A stretch of DNA of 64,000 nt from Mobula birostris (taxonomy: Eukaryota). Positions 49,921-63,437 of the stretch are shown here, piece by piece. The notes beneath the pieces are model-generated. The model worked only from the letters and a program-made list of their open reading frames with translations. It was not told where the DNA came from and did not search any database. Each line of letters begins with the position of its first letter. The first letter of the stretch is position 1. Position numbers and translations under genes: made by a program. Where the stretch lies: contig NC_092376.1 of assembly GCF_030028105.1 (NCBI RefSeq), positions 141,358,230-141,422,229 of the forward strand. The letters run 5' to 3'.

Positions 49921-51965
49921 ATGTATATGGATTTCAGCAAGGCATTTGATAAAGTACCCATGCAAGGCTTATTGAGAAAGTAGGGAGGCACAGGATCCAA
50001 GGGGACCTTGCTTTGTGGATCCAGAACTGGCTTGCCCACAGAAGGCAAAGTGTGGTTGTAGACAGGTCATATTCTGCATGGAGGTCGGTGACCAGTGGTG
50101 TGCCTCAGGGATCTGTTCTGGGACCTCTTCTCTTCGCGATTTTTATAAAAGACCTGGATGAGGAAGTGAAGGGATGGGTTAGTAAATTTGCTGATGACAC
50201 AAAGGTTGGGGGTGTTGTGGATAGTGTGGAGGGCTGTCAGACGTTACAATGGGACATTGATAGGATGCAAAACTAGGCTCAACTGGGTTCAACCCAGATA
50301 AGTGTGAGGTGGTTCATTTTGGTAGGTCAAATATGATAGAAGAATATAGTATTAATGGTGAGACTCTTGGCAGTGTGGAGAATCAGAGGAATCTTGGGGT
50401 CTGAGTCCATAGGACACTAAAAGCTGCTACGCAAGTTGACTCTGGTTAAGAAGGCATACGGTGCATTGGCGTCCATCAACCGTGGTATTGAGTGTAGGAG
50501 CTGAAAGGTAATGTTGCAGCTATATAGGACCCTGGTCAGACCCCACTTGGAGTACTGTGTCAGTTCTGGTCACCTCACTACAGGAAGGATGTGGAAACTA
50601 TAGAAAGGTTGCAGAGGAGATTTACAAGGATCTTGCCTGGATCGGGGAGCGTGCCTTACGAGAATAGGTTGAGTAAACTTGGCCTTTTCTCCTTGGAGTG
50701 ATGGGGGATGACAGGTGACTTGATAGAGGTGTATAAGACGATGAGAGGCATTGATCGTGTGGATAGTCAGAGTCTTATTTCCAGGGCTGAAATGGCTATC
50801 ATGAGAGGGCACAGTTTTAAAGTGCTTGGAAGTAGGTATAGAGGAGATGTCAGGGGTAAGTTGTTTACGCAGAGGGTGGTGAGTGCATGGACTGTGCTGC
50901 TGGCAACGGTGGTGGAGGTGGATACCATAAGGTCTTTTAAGAGACTCCTGGATAGGTATATGGAGCTTAGAAAAATTGAGGGCTATGGGTAACCCTAGGT
51001 AATTTCTAGGGTAGGGACATGTTCAGCACAGCATTGTGGACTGAAGGGCCTGTATTGTGCTGTAGGTTTTCTATGTTTCTACATTTGTATGTTTAAAGCA
51101 GCAGTGGGGTCATGGACTGCAATCACATTACAGAGGAGGAGGTACATAGGAGATGGTGTTTACTGTCTTGAGGAAAATTAGGGTGGATAAATCCCCTGGG
51201 CCTGACAAGATGTTCCCTCAGACCCTCTGGGAAGCTTGTGCAGAAATTGCAGGGTCCCTAGCAGAGATATTTAAAACATCCTTAGCTACAGATGAGGTGC
51301 TGGAGGATTGGAGGACAGCTAGTGTTCCATTTTTTAAAGAATGTCTCTGAAAATAAGCCAGGAAATTATAGGCCAGTGAACATGACATCAGTAGTAAGTA
51401 TGTTATTAGAAGGTATCCTAAGGGACTAGATATATAAATACTTAGATAGACAGGAACTGAGTAAGGATAGACAACATGGCACCGTGAATGGTAGTTCATG
51501 TTTAACCAATTTTATAGTGTTTTCTGAGGAAGTTACTAATGAAGACAAGGCAGCAGATATTGTCTACATGGACGTCAGCAAAGCCTTTGACAATATCCCA
51601 TATGGGAGCTTTTTTAAGAAGGTTTAGTTGCTTAGCGTTCAAGATGAAGTAGTAAATTGGATTAGACGTTGGATTTGCAGTAGAAACCAGAGAGTGGTAG
51701 AGTGGTAGTAGACGGTTGCCTCACTGACTGGAGGTCTGTGACTAGAGGTGTGGTGCAGGGATCAGTGCTGGGTCCTTTGTTGTTTGTCATCTATATCAAC
51801 CATCTGAATGATAATATGATAAATTGGATTAACAAATTTTGCAGATGGCACCAAAACTGGGGGTGTAGTGGACTGCTAGGAAGACTATCAAAGCTTACAG
51901 CAAGATCTCGCTGGAAAAAGGGGGCTGAAAAATGGCAGATGGAATTTAATGCAGACAAGTGTGAG

Positions 51966-52380
51966 GTCCTCCAAGAGACCATAACCTTGGAGGTTTGCGT
52001 GCCTCAATGACCCGGAGAGTATATGTTGGCTTGAGACAGGGCTTTATGCTTTGGCTCTTGGTAGGGTCACCCATGTCAAACAGTTCAAAGGATAGAGGAC
52101 ACACTAAGGGTGGTCCACCGGTCCACCATGTTCGGGGGTTCAGCTCAGGGTAAACACACCCTGACTGGTAAAACAAAATTGTTACAGAAACAGCAATGAA
52201 GAATCCTTCTACATATGATGCAACGGTATTCCTGAATCTCTACAGATGATTTGCATGACTGACAGTAGTGAAAACCAAGAGGAAGCTACCGATATGATGA
52301 AAGAAGCCCTGAACACTGCCAAAGATGTAGGTCTTTCATTGCTGCTCTAAACACCAGTGGTGTAATGGACAGTAAAAAAA
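51966..52380 (+). mobile_element. Bipartite RTE (Expander/Rex3-like) non-autonomous element
   Basis: RTE-type 5' region ggtttgcgtgcctcaatgac...ggtagggtcacccat joined to a short 3' end. 9-bp TSD aagtgtgag at 51957-51965 and 52381-52389. Confidence 0.65.
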
Positions 52381-53051
52381 AAGTGTGAGCTGTTACACTT
52401 AGGGAGGTCAAACCAGGATAGGACTCGTATTGTGAGCAGCAGGGCACTGAGGAGTATGGTGGAGCAAAGAGATTTGGGAATGCAGATCCCTACCTAATTC
52501 ATGGTAAGTGGCACACAGGCAGATAGAGTCGTAAAGAAAATGTGAGGCATTAGCCTTCATAATGCTTCTTTGCTCACTATTCTGAATTATGTTATTCGCT
52601 ACTTTGAATGTTTACACCCTGGCCCCTGAGAAACACTGTCTTGTTCAGTTGTATCTATGAATGGTTTAAATGATAATTAAACTTGATTTGATAAGTTGAA
52701 ATATTGAGCACAGGAGTTGGCATGTTATGTTGTAGTTGTATAAGATGCTGCTGAGCCTACCTTAGAGTGTTGTGTGCAGTTTTGGTCACCTATCTGCAGG
52801 AAAGATATCAGTAAGATTGAAAAAGTGCAGAGAAAATTTGCAAGGACCTTGGTCAGACCCCACTTGGAGTATTCTGTTCAGTTCTGGTCACCTCACTACA
52901 GGAAGGATGTGGATACTATAGACAGAGTGCAGAGGAGATTTACAAGGATGTTGCCTGGATTGGAGAGTGTGCCTTATGAGAATAGGTTGAGTGAACTTGG
53001 CCTTTTCTCCTTGGAGCAACGGAGAATGAGGGGTGACCTGATAGAGGTGTA

Positions 53052-53148
53052 CAGGTTTCCCCTGCTATCCGAAAGTAGAGCATTCCTATGAAACCTTTTG
53101 TAAGCCGAAATGGCATAAGGCGAATTTTTGTAAAGCGGGGGACACCTG
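53052..53148. mobile_element. 97-bp Tigger/pogo-type MITE
   Basis: TA|caggtttcccctgct...agcgggggacacctg|TA. Removing it restores the CR1 frame LIEVYKMM. Confidence 0.85.
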
Positions 53149-55170
53149 TATAAGATGATGAAAGATATTGATCGTGTGGATAGCCAGAGGCTTTTTCCTA
53201 GGGTTGAAATGGCTAACACAATTAAGGTGCTTGGAAGTAGGAACAGAGGGGATGTCAGGAGTAAGTTTTTCACTCAGAGATGCGTGGAATGCACCGCCAG
53301 CGATGGTGGTGGAGGCAGATACAATAGGGTCTTTTAAGAGACACCTAGGTCAGTACAGGGAGCTTAGGAAAATAGAGGGCTATGCAGTAAGGTAATTCTA
53401 GGCAGTTTTTAGAGTAGGTTACATTTTCAGCACAACATTTTGGGCCAAAGGGCCGGTAATGTGCTATTGATTTCTATGTCCTATGTTCTATGTTGTTGCC
53501 AGGATTTGAGGACCTGAATTATAGGGAGAGGTTGAATACATTAGGATTTCTTCCCTAGAGCGTAGAGTGAGGGGAGATTTGATAGAGGTATACAAAATTA
53601 TGATAGGTGTAGATAGGGTAAATACAAATAGGCTTTTTCCACTGAGGTTGGGTGAAGCATAGATTAAGAGTGAAAGGTGAAACGTTTAAGGGGAACATGA
53701 GGAGGAATTTTTTCACTCGGATGGTGGTATGATAGCGTGGAACCAGCTGCCAGCACAAGTGGTGAATGCATGTTCGATTTCAACATTTAAGAGAAAATTG
53801 GATAGGTACATGGATAGTAGAGGTACGGAGGACCATGGTCCAGGTGCAGGTCAAGGAGACTAGGCAGATTAATAGTTTAGCACAGGCTAGATGGGCTGAA
53901 GGGCCTGTTTCTATGCTGTAGCGCTCTATGACTATGTATGACATGATCTCAGTTTAGTTGCATCATTGATCTTTTTATAACCATACATTTATCCTTCAGA
54001 GAGAGCACAATAATGATCTATAAGAACTGCCAACTTTAGTGCAAGAGTTTGTAGAGGTATTGGCTTATTATTGTCACATGTACCAAGATAGAGTGAAAAG
54101 CTTGTCTTGCATGCTGCTTATGCAGAATAAATCATTGTACAATAGAATAAGGCAAACAATGACAATGTAGAACAAACTGTAAAAGCTACTGAAAAATGTT
54201 CAGTGTAGGTAAATGATTAAGTGCAAGATCCTAACAAGGTAAATTGTGAGGCCAAGATTCCATCTTATTGTACAAATAGTCCATACAAGAACCTAATAAC
54301 AGTGGGATAGAAGCTGTCCTTGAGCCTGGAGGTACGTGCTTTCAGACACAATCACTGTAGTCACTACTAAAATTAAGGATTTTAGAATAAAAAGCAAAAA
54401 ATCTAGAACTCAAAGGAACAGTATCAATTTACCTCTAAAGAGTCTCACAGAAAACCATAATGATTAATGGTTTCACTGCTTCAAAATATTTTCTCAAAGA
54501 TTTGAAAATAATACTACACAATTTCTGTATGAGTGCTATACCACAGAAGGATTCAATTCATATTATTGTACATCCATTTCAACATTCGAAGTATCTAAGT
54601 AGTTCCATACCCCAGCCCTTGCACCACAGCCATGCAGATTTTTCTCTCAACATATATTTATCCAATTCCCTCTTTATAACTTCATTGGACTCTGCCTCCT
54701 CTGCATATGCAGGCAGTGTGCTTCTGATTCCACTTTACACTGTGTGAAATAGATTCTATTCTTAAGTTGCTTCCTATCTATTTTATACCAGTGACATAGA
54801 GTCCTTGATTCCTCCACCATGGAGAACAGCTTCCCACCATCCAATCTGGGAAGACTCCTCGTCATTTTACATAATTCAATCAATCTTATCTCAGCTTTTT
54901 TTTCTCCAAAGAAACTAGTTCTAGCCTCTAATCGATCCTTGCAATCCAGGAACCATTCATGTAAATCTTTGATCCTCTTTAATACTTTTACATCCTTTCA
55001 ATAATGATGCAATCAGAATTGAATATAATTTTCCAGATGAAGCCAGACCGCTGTTTTATAAAGAATCAGCATGACTTCCCTCCTTTTATACTCTAAGCCT
55101 ATATTGAATAAGTTCAGCATTGTTTATATCTTCTTAACTTCTCTGCTTGGATGGCTTGTGTTCTCTGCTT

Positions 55171-55477
55171 GTGTTGGCGTGTGGCCAAGTGGTTAAGGCG
55201 TTCATCTAGTGATTTGAAGGTCACTAGTTCGAGCCTTGGCTGAGGCAGTGTGTGTGTCCTTGAGCAAGGCAGTTAACCACACATTGCTCTGCGACAACAC
55301 CGGTGCCAAGCTGTGTGGGTCTTAATGCCCTTCCCTTGGACAACATCAGTGGCGTGGAGAGGGGAGACTTGTAGCATGGGCAACTGCTGGTCTTCCATAC
55401 AACCTTGCCCAGGCCTGCGCCCTGGAAACCCTCCAAGGCACAAATCCATGGTCTCATGAGACTAACGGATGCCTATA
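55171..55477 (+). mobile_element. tRNA-derived SINE (same family as 40612-40922)
   Basis: A box TGGCCAAGTGG, B box GTTCGAG, CORE-like segment, shared tail gagactaacggatgcc. Confidence 0.85.
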
Positions 55478-55815
55478 AACTTCTCTTCCAACCTGCCCTG
55501 CCACTTTCAATAGCTTGTGCATTCATACTCTCAGGGAACCTCTGTTTCTATACCACTTTTAACTTTAACCACTACAACACAGTACCTTATTGCACTGTAC
55601 CCCTATTGAATTGTACTTTTAGACGAAGCAGAGACATATTATTTAAAAAGAAAGTTTTAATTATGCCAATTTCAGGTTACTTATCTGCATTCAAAATACC
55701 GAGAGACTATATTATAAATGTTATTTGAAATTAAAATACATGGCAGTAAGATTCTAGTTAGTTGATTTCAAGATTTATAATGAGCCAGATCAGAGCTGCG
55801 ACATATTTATTCATA

Positions 55816-56415
55816 TGTAACGCCCTGGTAAAGGTTTCACTGCTAACGTAATGGTCTTTCTGTAGAAGCAGTGTTTGGGTTATGATTAGAGATAACCGCT
55901 GCTTTGGAATGTGAGCCGTCCAAGCAGGAAAGAGGGTTTTTCTTTGGGGGTGCCTGGCACTGGTGTGATCTGGGGTCTTTGTTTGGAGTGAGAGGAAGAG
56001 AAAAGATGCTGGAGGGAAGCAGTTGTAGGATTTGACCCGGTGGGGGACCATGATTTGAAGGAGCAAGGTGTGGAGGTCTACTGAGGATCGGTGAATATGA
56101 ATTTTGGAAGAGTTGAGTTCCAACTTGTGCACACTTGACTACCTAATCATAAAGGGCCCTTTTTGTTTTTCTTTTCTTTCGTTTCTCTACTAACCCTTCA
56201 GTTAACATTCATAAATATAATATAATTCCTTTCATCGTATGCCGTGTGCTGTCTGTTATTTCTTGGCACTGAGTTGTAACAGGGTAGCAAATTATACAGC
56301 ATCCACACAATCCGGGGTTTGGAGTGGGAGAGCCGTCCGAATCTCATGGATTTGGTGGAACCGGAGTGTATATTCCCTAGATTTACGCAGCCAAGGAAAC
56401 CAGCTGGGTTTCACA
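55816..56415. mobile_element. Probable solo LTR (~600 bp)
   Basis: TGTAACGCCC...GGGTTTCACA with TG/CA termini and an imperfect terminal inverted repeat. No clean TSD seen. Confidence 0.45.
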
Positions 56416-56803
56416 AACATCATGCCTTTAAGTATGAATAGCCCTGTATTTGGGCATTTACAGGTGGAATACACAACTGGGTGAAGTGCTGGAGCAATGT
56501 CCAATGCTCTGTAAAATATGAGGCAGCATATTCAGGACAAAAAGCTCAAGTATTGGATAAAAATAACCTCTTATTCTTTTAAATACTTGAAAATTTAGCT
56601 TATTCTTTTTATTTTAATTTAGCAATTTCTTTTAAAATCTGGTAAAAAACGTACCTTTTTTCTTTTATTTTCCCAGAATTATTTTCTTCTGCTTACCTAT
56701 CCTGTCAAAAAGCATAATATCTGTTACATCCTGTGATAAAGTGCCTCGGACTATTATTTGTTTAGATGTTTTGTCAAAGAGCAATGGCAGACTATTTGTA
56801 CAT

Positions 56804-56893
56804 CCAGAGGAAGAAGCCGCAGAAAGATGGAGCAAACCTAACATTAGTACACTGAACTTGCGGAGTTTATATTAGCTACATACCTGCAAAGAA
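56804..56893 (+). pseudogene. Degenerate duplicate (pseudoexon) of SLC4 exon 2
   Basis: Reads PEEEAAERWSKPNISTLNLRSLY*LHTCKE against true exon [30 protein letters not shown]. 57/78 nt identical and ungapped (hand count). Confidence 0.85.
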
Positions 56894-57054
56894 TTATGGT
56901 TTTTCCCATTTTCATTCAGTGGGATGTTGGATAAAACTCTGATGTGCCACTGATGCATTAGGAAGATCACCAAGACTTTCCACGCCATAAGAAATTCCTT
57001 TAACTCTAACCCCATTTACAGGAAGGAGCAGGATTAAAGAGCAAAAAGTTTCTT

Positions 57055-58200
57055 TAAAGTTCAAAGCAAATTTATTATCAAAGTACATACATGTCACCGT
57101 TTACAACCCTGAGATTCAATTTCTTGAGAGCAGACTCAATTAATGCATAATAGAATAATAACCATAATAGAATCAATGAAAGACTGCACCAACTAGGAGT
57201 GTGCAAAAGACATCAAAATGTTCAAATGCAAAAATAATAATAAAAAAATGGAATAAATATTGAGAACATGAGATGAAGAGTCTTTGAAATTGAGTCCATA
57301 GGTTGTGGGAACATGGGGCAAGTGAAGTTATCCCACTGGTTCAAGAGCCTGATGGTTGAGGGGTATTGACTGTTCCTGAACCTGGTGATGTAAGTCCTGA
57401 GGCTCTTGTACCTTCTTCCTGATGGCAGTAGCAAGGACAGAGAATATCCTGGGTTTTGGGGTCCCTGATGATAGATGCTGCTTTCCTGTGACAAAGTTTT
57501 GTGAAGCTGTGCTCAGAGGGAGGAAGGGCTTTACCTGTGATGGACATGGTTGTACTCACTACTTATTGTAGGATTTTCCATTCAAGGGTGTTGGTGTTCT
57601 CTTACCAGGCTGTGATGCAGCCAGTCAATATACAAAGTTTGTCAAAGTTTTAGATGTCATACTGAATCTTTGCAGACTCCTGAGGAAGTAGGGTTGCTGC
57701 TGTGCTTTCTTTTTAATTTCTCTTACGTACTGGGCTCAGGACAGGTCCTTCAAAATAACACTACCAACAAAATTAAAGTTGCTGACTATCTCCACCTCTG
57801 ATCCTCCGATGGGGACTGGCTCATGGACTCTGCATTCCTCCTCCTGAAGTCAATAATCAGCTCCTTGGTCTTGCTGACATTGAGGAAAAGGTTTAGTGAG
57901 AGCCACCACTTAGCCAGATTTTCAATCTAGCCTCTTTCCCCTTCCCCCACCTTTTTATTCTGGCATCCCCTTCCTTCTCAGTCCTGGAGAAGGATCTTGG
58001 TCCAAAATGTCACCTATCTATTCATTTCCATAGATGCTGCTGGACTTGAATTTGTCCAGCATTTTGTGTGTGTTATTTTGGATTTCCAGCATCTGCAGAC
58101 TTTCTCGTGTTTAAGATGTTCAATCTCCCTCTTATATGTTGAACCTTCACCACCTTTGATTTGGCCTATGACAGTGGTATCATCAGCAAACTTGAATATT
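57055..58200 (-). mobile_element. Rex1/Babar LINE 3' part containing a PLE pLTR (~57930-58112)
   Basis: IFKFADDTTVIGQI, LLPSGRRYKSLRT and a Rex1-type tail. Confidence 0.8.
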
Positions 58201-59319
58201 CCAAACATTCCAAAGACACAAGATGATAAGAACGATGCTCACCGGCTTCTGAGTTGCTCAACAATGGCGACTACATCAACTGAAAGGGATTTCATTCCCT
58301 GAATACGCAGCTTGTTTGAGACCAGAGGCTTTATGTTATGTAGATCTGAGCGGGGTGTTTCAGAAGCATTTGTGACGGAACATAACATAAATGTATCTAG
58401 CCTCTTTAGCTTACTCGCCAATTCAATAACATCATTGTGGGCCAGTTTTGACATTTATTCCAATTTCCTCATCTTTATCCCATGTCAAAAATCCATCAAT
58501 CTCTTTCTTAATTAACTTCTTCAGTAAGCTTCTGTGGTCCTGTGCAGTAGAGTTTTAAGAGTTGCTAAACTCTGAGTCAATACATGTAAAATGCTGCAGG
58601 TACTCAGCAGATCAGGCCGAATCCATGGAGGGAAATGAACAGTTAATGTTTCAGGCTGACACCCTGCAGGACTGAAAAGAAAGAGTCAGTGGGGGAGGAG
58701 GAAGGGAAGGAGCACAAGTTGGTGGTGAATCCAGATGAGAGGGAGAAGTGGAACTTGTATAGACACCTTGACACTTTACATACTGCAAGCTCACAAAGTG
58801 TTAATGTGTTACTTCAAATTGTTCAGGCTTTCATCTAATATTCTCACAAAATTGAACACACCAAATCACAAACATTAACTCTTGTTTTTCAGCTCCACAG
58901 TGGCTGCCTAACCGGATGAATATTGCCAGCATTTTCTGATTGTATTTCATTCTTCTCAATTCTAAAAATCTTATATCTAAGTTCCTCCAGGTACTTGGCC
59001 TGACTGCCACTTTGATTTCCTTAAACCCATGCAACTTCTTCTTCAGTTAACTCTTCATATTTTCCTCCCTTTCTCCCATGATGACTGAATCCCTCCATCT
59101 GTACCTCTTTTCAAATCATACCGTATTTTCTCTCCTGTTGCTCAAATTTTGTCTACTTAGTATCTCCTCAAACTTTAGCCTTTGCCTTCCTTTAGCTTTG
59201 TATGAGGCACAATCTAAGTAAAAGTTGTATTATTTGTGTGTTTAATGTGTAAGTATAGAATTCTTCAAGTGTGAAAAAACCATGCATTTTCAAATGCCCA
59301 ATCTGATATTTATTCACAG

Positions 59320-59480
59320 GTGGATAAAGTTTGAGGAAAAAATAGAAGAAGGAGGTGAAAGATGGAGCAAACCTCATGTTGGCACACTGTCTTTACACAG
59401 CTTGTTTGAACTACGTACCTGCATCGAAAAGGGAACACTTCTGTTTGATTTAGAAGCCAAAAATTTTAAGGAGATATTAG
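59320..59480 (+). CDS. SLC4 second coding exon (161 nt); gene continues beyond the window
   Basis: cacag|[54 protein letters not shown]|gtaaat. Phase matches exon 1. Confidence 0.95.
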
Positions 59481-59929
59481 GTAAATATGAATGATAACTC
59501 TAATTAGCTGTTAAGCTGTCAACTAATATTTACACCATTTTATTTCCACAGGATGGGAAATATTTTATAAATTCAAACAAGTCTTTCAGAGAAAAATGCA
59601 ATTTTGGATCTTCAAAATCAAAAGCATTATCCTTCTAATGAAACACTTACTAGCATGTTTGGTATCAAAAGGAACACAAGTATATAACAATCTATCTAGG
59701 AAGTACTGTCTTCTGATTCACTGTTCTTTAGACAAGTGCAGATATGTCCTTTGTCTAAAACCTCTGTTGGAATTACATGGATTCCTACAGGAATATCTCC
59801 TTCTCTTTGCTTCTCACAGTTGCAGCTGTGTTTCACCACTTTCAAACTGAGTGACAAAGGCCATTACAGCTAAAATCAAACAGATATCCCAATGGGTTGA
59901 ATACTAAACAAGGTTCCATTCTATTCCCC

Positions 59930-61670
59930 TTAGATCAGTCCCTTTGCACCTAGAACTTCTCATGCTCTCGATTTCCTCAGTAACTTTCAATTCCCTAGCC
60001 CTGACTGCCTAATATTCACCATGGTTGTCCAGTCCCTGTACATTTCTATCCCCCATTAAGAAGGCCTTAAAGCTCTCTGCTTCTTTCTCAATAAAAGAAC
60101 CAATCAGTTCCCCTCCACCATCACTCTACTCCATCTGGCAGAACTGGTCCTCACCCTCAACAATTTTTCCTTTGGTTCCTCCCACTTTCTTCAGCCTTGA
60201 GCGTAAGCCATGGGCACCCGCATGGGCCTCAGCTACGCCTGCCTCTTCGTTGGTTACATAAAACAATCCGTGTTCCAAGCATTCCCTGATAATGCTCCCC
60301 AACTCTTCCTCCACTACATTGACAACTGCATTGGTGCTGCTTCATGCACCCATGTAAGCTAATCAACTTCATCTCTAATTTCCACCCTGCTTTAAATTCA
60401 CCTGGTCCATTTCTGACACCTCCCTCCCCTTTCTTGATCTCTCTGTCTCCATCTCTGGAGACAAACTGTTGACCACCAATTTTTATAAACCTACAGTTCC
60501 CATAGTTATCTTGACTAAACCTCTTCCCACCCTGTCTTCTATAAAAATGCTATTCCCTTTTCCCAGTTCCTTCATCTCCACCACTTCTGTTCCTAAGATG
60601 TGGCCTTCCATTCCAGGACATCAGAGATGTCCTCCTTCTTCAAAGAACAGGATTTCCCTTCCTCCACCATTGGTGCTGCCCTCACCTGCATCTCCTCCAT
60701 TTCCCGCATACCCATGCTCACTTCATCTTCCCATCACCTTAACCGTGATAGAGCTCCTCTTGTCCTTACCTACCACCCAATGAGCCTCCACATCCAACAC
60801 ATCATCCTCTGCAAATTCTGCCGTCTCCAAAGGGATCCGACAATGAAACATACATTTTCCTCCCCCTCCCACGCTGCCTCTGTTCCCTTGTCTGTACGTC
60901 CCTCCCCACTAATCTCCCACTCAGCTCTCATCCCTGCAAGTGCTACACTTGCCCATTCACCTCCTTCCTCACCTCCATTCAGGGCCTCAATCAGTCCTTC
61001 CAGATGAGGGAACACTTCACCTCTGAATCTGCTGGGGTTGCCTATTGTGTCTGCTGCTCCTGATGCAGCCTCCTCTACACTGGTGAGACCCATTGTAAAT
61101 TGGAGGACCACTTCATTGAGCACCTCCGCTCCATCTGCCAAAATCAGAACATATCGGTGGCCAAGCATTTTTAATGTTGATTCCCGTTCTCGTTCTGACA
61201 TGTAGGTCCATGGCTCCTCTTGGTGAGGAGCAACACCTTACATTCCATCTGGGTAGCCTCCAACCTGATGGCATGAATATCGATTTTTCCTTCTGGTTAA
61301 AAAGTTTCCCTCCCCTCCTCTCTTCATTTATACTCTATTTTGGCCTCTCACCTCTTTTCACCTGCCTATCACCTCCACCTGCGCCCCCTCCTTCTTCTCT
61401 TTCTCCTGTGGTCCACCCTCCTCTCCAATCAGATTCCTTCCTCTCCAGCCCTTTATCTTTCATATCCACCTGGCTTCACCTTTCACCTTTTAGCTATCCT
61501 TCTCCTCCTCCCCCACGTTTTTGTTCTGGCGTCTTCCCCTTCCTTATCAGTCATGAAGAAGGGTCTTGGCCAAAATGTCAACTGTTTATTAATTTCCATA
61601 GATGCTGCCTGACCTGAATTTTGTATGTGTTGCTTTGGATTTCCAGCATTTGCAGACTTTTGCACATTTA
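59930..61670 (+). mobile_element. Penelope-like element (RT plus GIY-YIG, disrupted)
   Basis: ELVLTLNNFSF, AMGTRMG.SYACLFVG and YIDN (degenerate YIDD), followed by GIY-YIG remnants and a pLTR. Confidence 0.88.
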
Positions 61671-62469
61671 TGATTATACAAGGTTATACTTGCAAGAAAG
61701 AAACAACAGCACTGAATCAAAAGAATAAATTTCAGCTATATCATGCCAGGGTTAAGATTGGAGTCCACCATAGAAGAGTTAAGCAAGTCTACTGGCCCAT
61801 TATCTGGTAGCATAGTTCCTGGAAAAGATGCTATAACAAGTGGAAAACCTTACAGAAAGTCTAGCACTGAGCTTCCACTAACTGGATGTAAATGACGGAA
61901 AAAGACTGAGATAACGTGAGATGTGATGCAAGCCATCTGTACTTAGCCAAAGGAAAATAGAAATGATAGTAACAGTTAAAGGGGTGAGTCAATATTAGGT
62001 ACAAGAGGAAAAAAAAAGACCTGCAAGTCCATAGCTCTGTGAAAACATAAAGGAGATTTACATAGCAAGCTATTTACAGAGAGTGGTAGGTGCTGGAACA
62101 TGCTGACAGAGGATGTGGTAAAAGCAGATACAAAAGCCATACAGTATTTAAAAACATTTACGCCGGCACATATACAGGAAGGGAATTAATAAATAAAGAC
62201 CACATGCAAGCAGATGTGCAGTTTAAATTGGAATACTTTTGGGCACAGACATCATGAGCTAAAGGGCCTATTCTGGGGCTGTGCCATTCTGTTCTGTTCT
62301 ATGATTATCTCAGCATACCAATAACAGCTGGTGGGTCATGCCGGTCCTGAGTTTCAGTATGATTCAGGATGGAAGATTAACTGTAGACTTCAAACCTACA
62401 TCAGCTTGTCGGACCAGAAGAACCTGTTCCCATGCTCTGTCTCTAAATAAATAAAAGAACTTCAAGGAA

Positions 62470-63420
62470 GCAAAATCAGCCTTTGCACATTGTTCTTGTA
62501 GATTTCATCAAATCATTTGTCACTGTCACCAGAGCTGCTTTATTTCCAGTTTTAGTAAATATAGGATTCACAAAGGGCACTGTGCAGTTTGTTTGGTGTA
62601 CTTTGGATAGTTTTGAAGTGAAATACTTACTAAAGAAAGTTTGGGCTTTTTCCCCTCTTACATTTTAAAATATTCTTTTCACTACTTCTGAATTGCAATT
62701 TTTAAAACATGGAAGGGAGAGTGTTGCCTATGTACAAGACTGGAATGGAAACACTTTAATCTGTCCATGATTCAACATGAAGGCCAAAGCTAGGAAGGTA
62801 CAGTATATATCAGGAAGTGTTTATTCGCTGATGATGCTGTCTTTCAAATCCATGACAAAGTTCTACTATAAGAACTAAGGATCACTTTTTTAAGCACTTT
62901 GTTCTCACCGTAAGTACAAGAAGTGCTGTACTGGAACAGGAAATGCTGTAATATCAACTAATTATCCTCAAAATAAACCATTTAGAAATAGTTTTATAAG
63001 TTCTGTCTAGGTTCCACAGCAATCACCAGTCCCTCACTGGATAATAAACACAATGTCCACATCAGAAAAGCTGCAACAGTTAAAAAGATATGAAACAACT
63101 TCCAGTTCTCCAGGAGGACAAAGCTGGTGTACTTTGCTCTTGTGGTAAGGGTGAAGAATAGACAAGTGAAATACTGTACCTAAAGAGTAAAAGTTGAGAA
63201 GTTTCTATTGTGCAGCCTAGGCTGCTAACTTAACATCAAATGATAAACAGAGCTACTGACAGAGTTATTTCAAAGGACAGATTTACCATGTGCAACAGCC
63301 GATTCAAACAAATATATTTATATTGATAAAGCTACTGTATTTAAGCAGATTACAAATTAGACATCTAGCTCAGGATATACTATGTAGCAGGACTCTTCAA
63401 GCTTTGCTATAAAGGTGCAT
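62470..63420 (+). mobile_element. Old RTE LINE RT fragment
   Basis: HIVLVDFIKSFVTVTR (degenerate FIDLTKAFDTVSR) and LFADDA. Confidence 0.6.
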
Positions 63421-63437
63421 ACAAACAAGATATGAAG

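Larger units (their letters stand above)
45085..53935 (+). mobile_element. Nested stack of at least three CR1 LINEs (ORF1 SGNH esterase, endonuclease, RT)
   Basis: VIGDSMVR/VVVHVGTND/DGLHLN esterase motifs at 45180-45650, GDFNFP, VPQGSVLGP, FADD. CR1 tails at ~51080, ~53490 and ~53935. Confidence 0.9.

Noticed and set aside
55176-55245. tRNA-like sequence (also at ~40850-40920)
   Set aside because: It continues into a SINE body and has no intact cloverleaf, so it is a SINE head.
58239-58454. 71-aa ORF with NKLRIQG, faintly like a LINE ORF1 motif
   Set aside because: Too short and weak to assign without a profile search.
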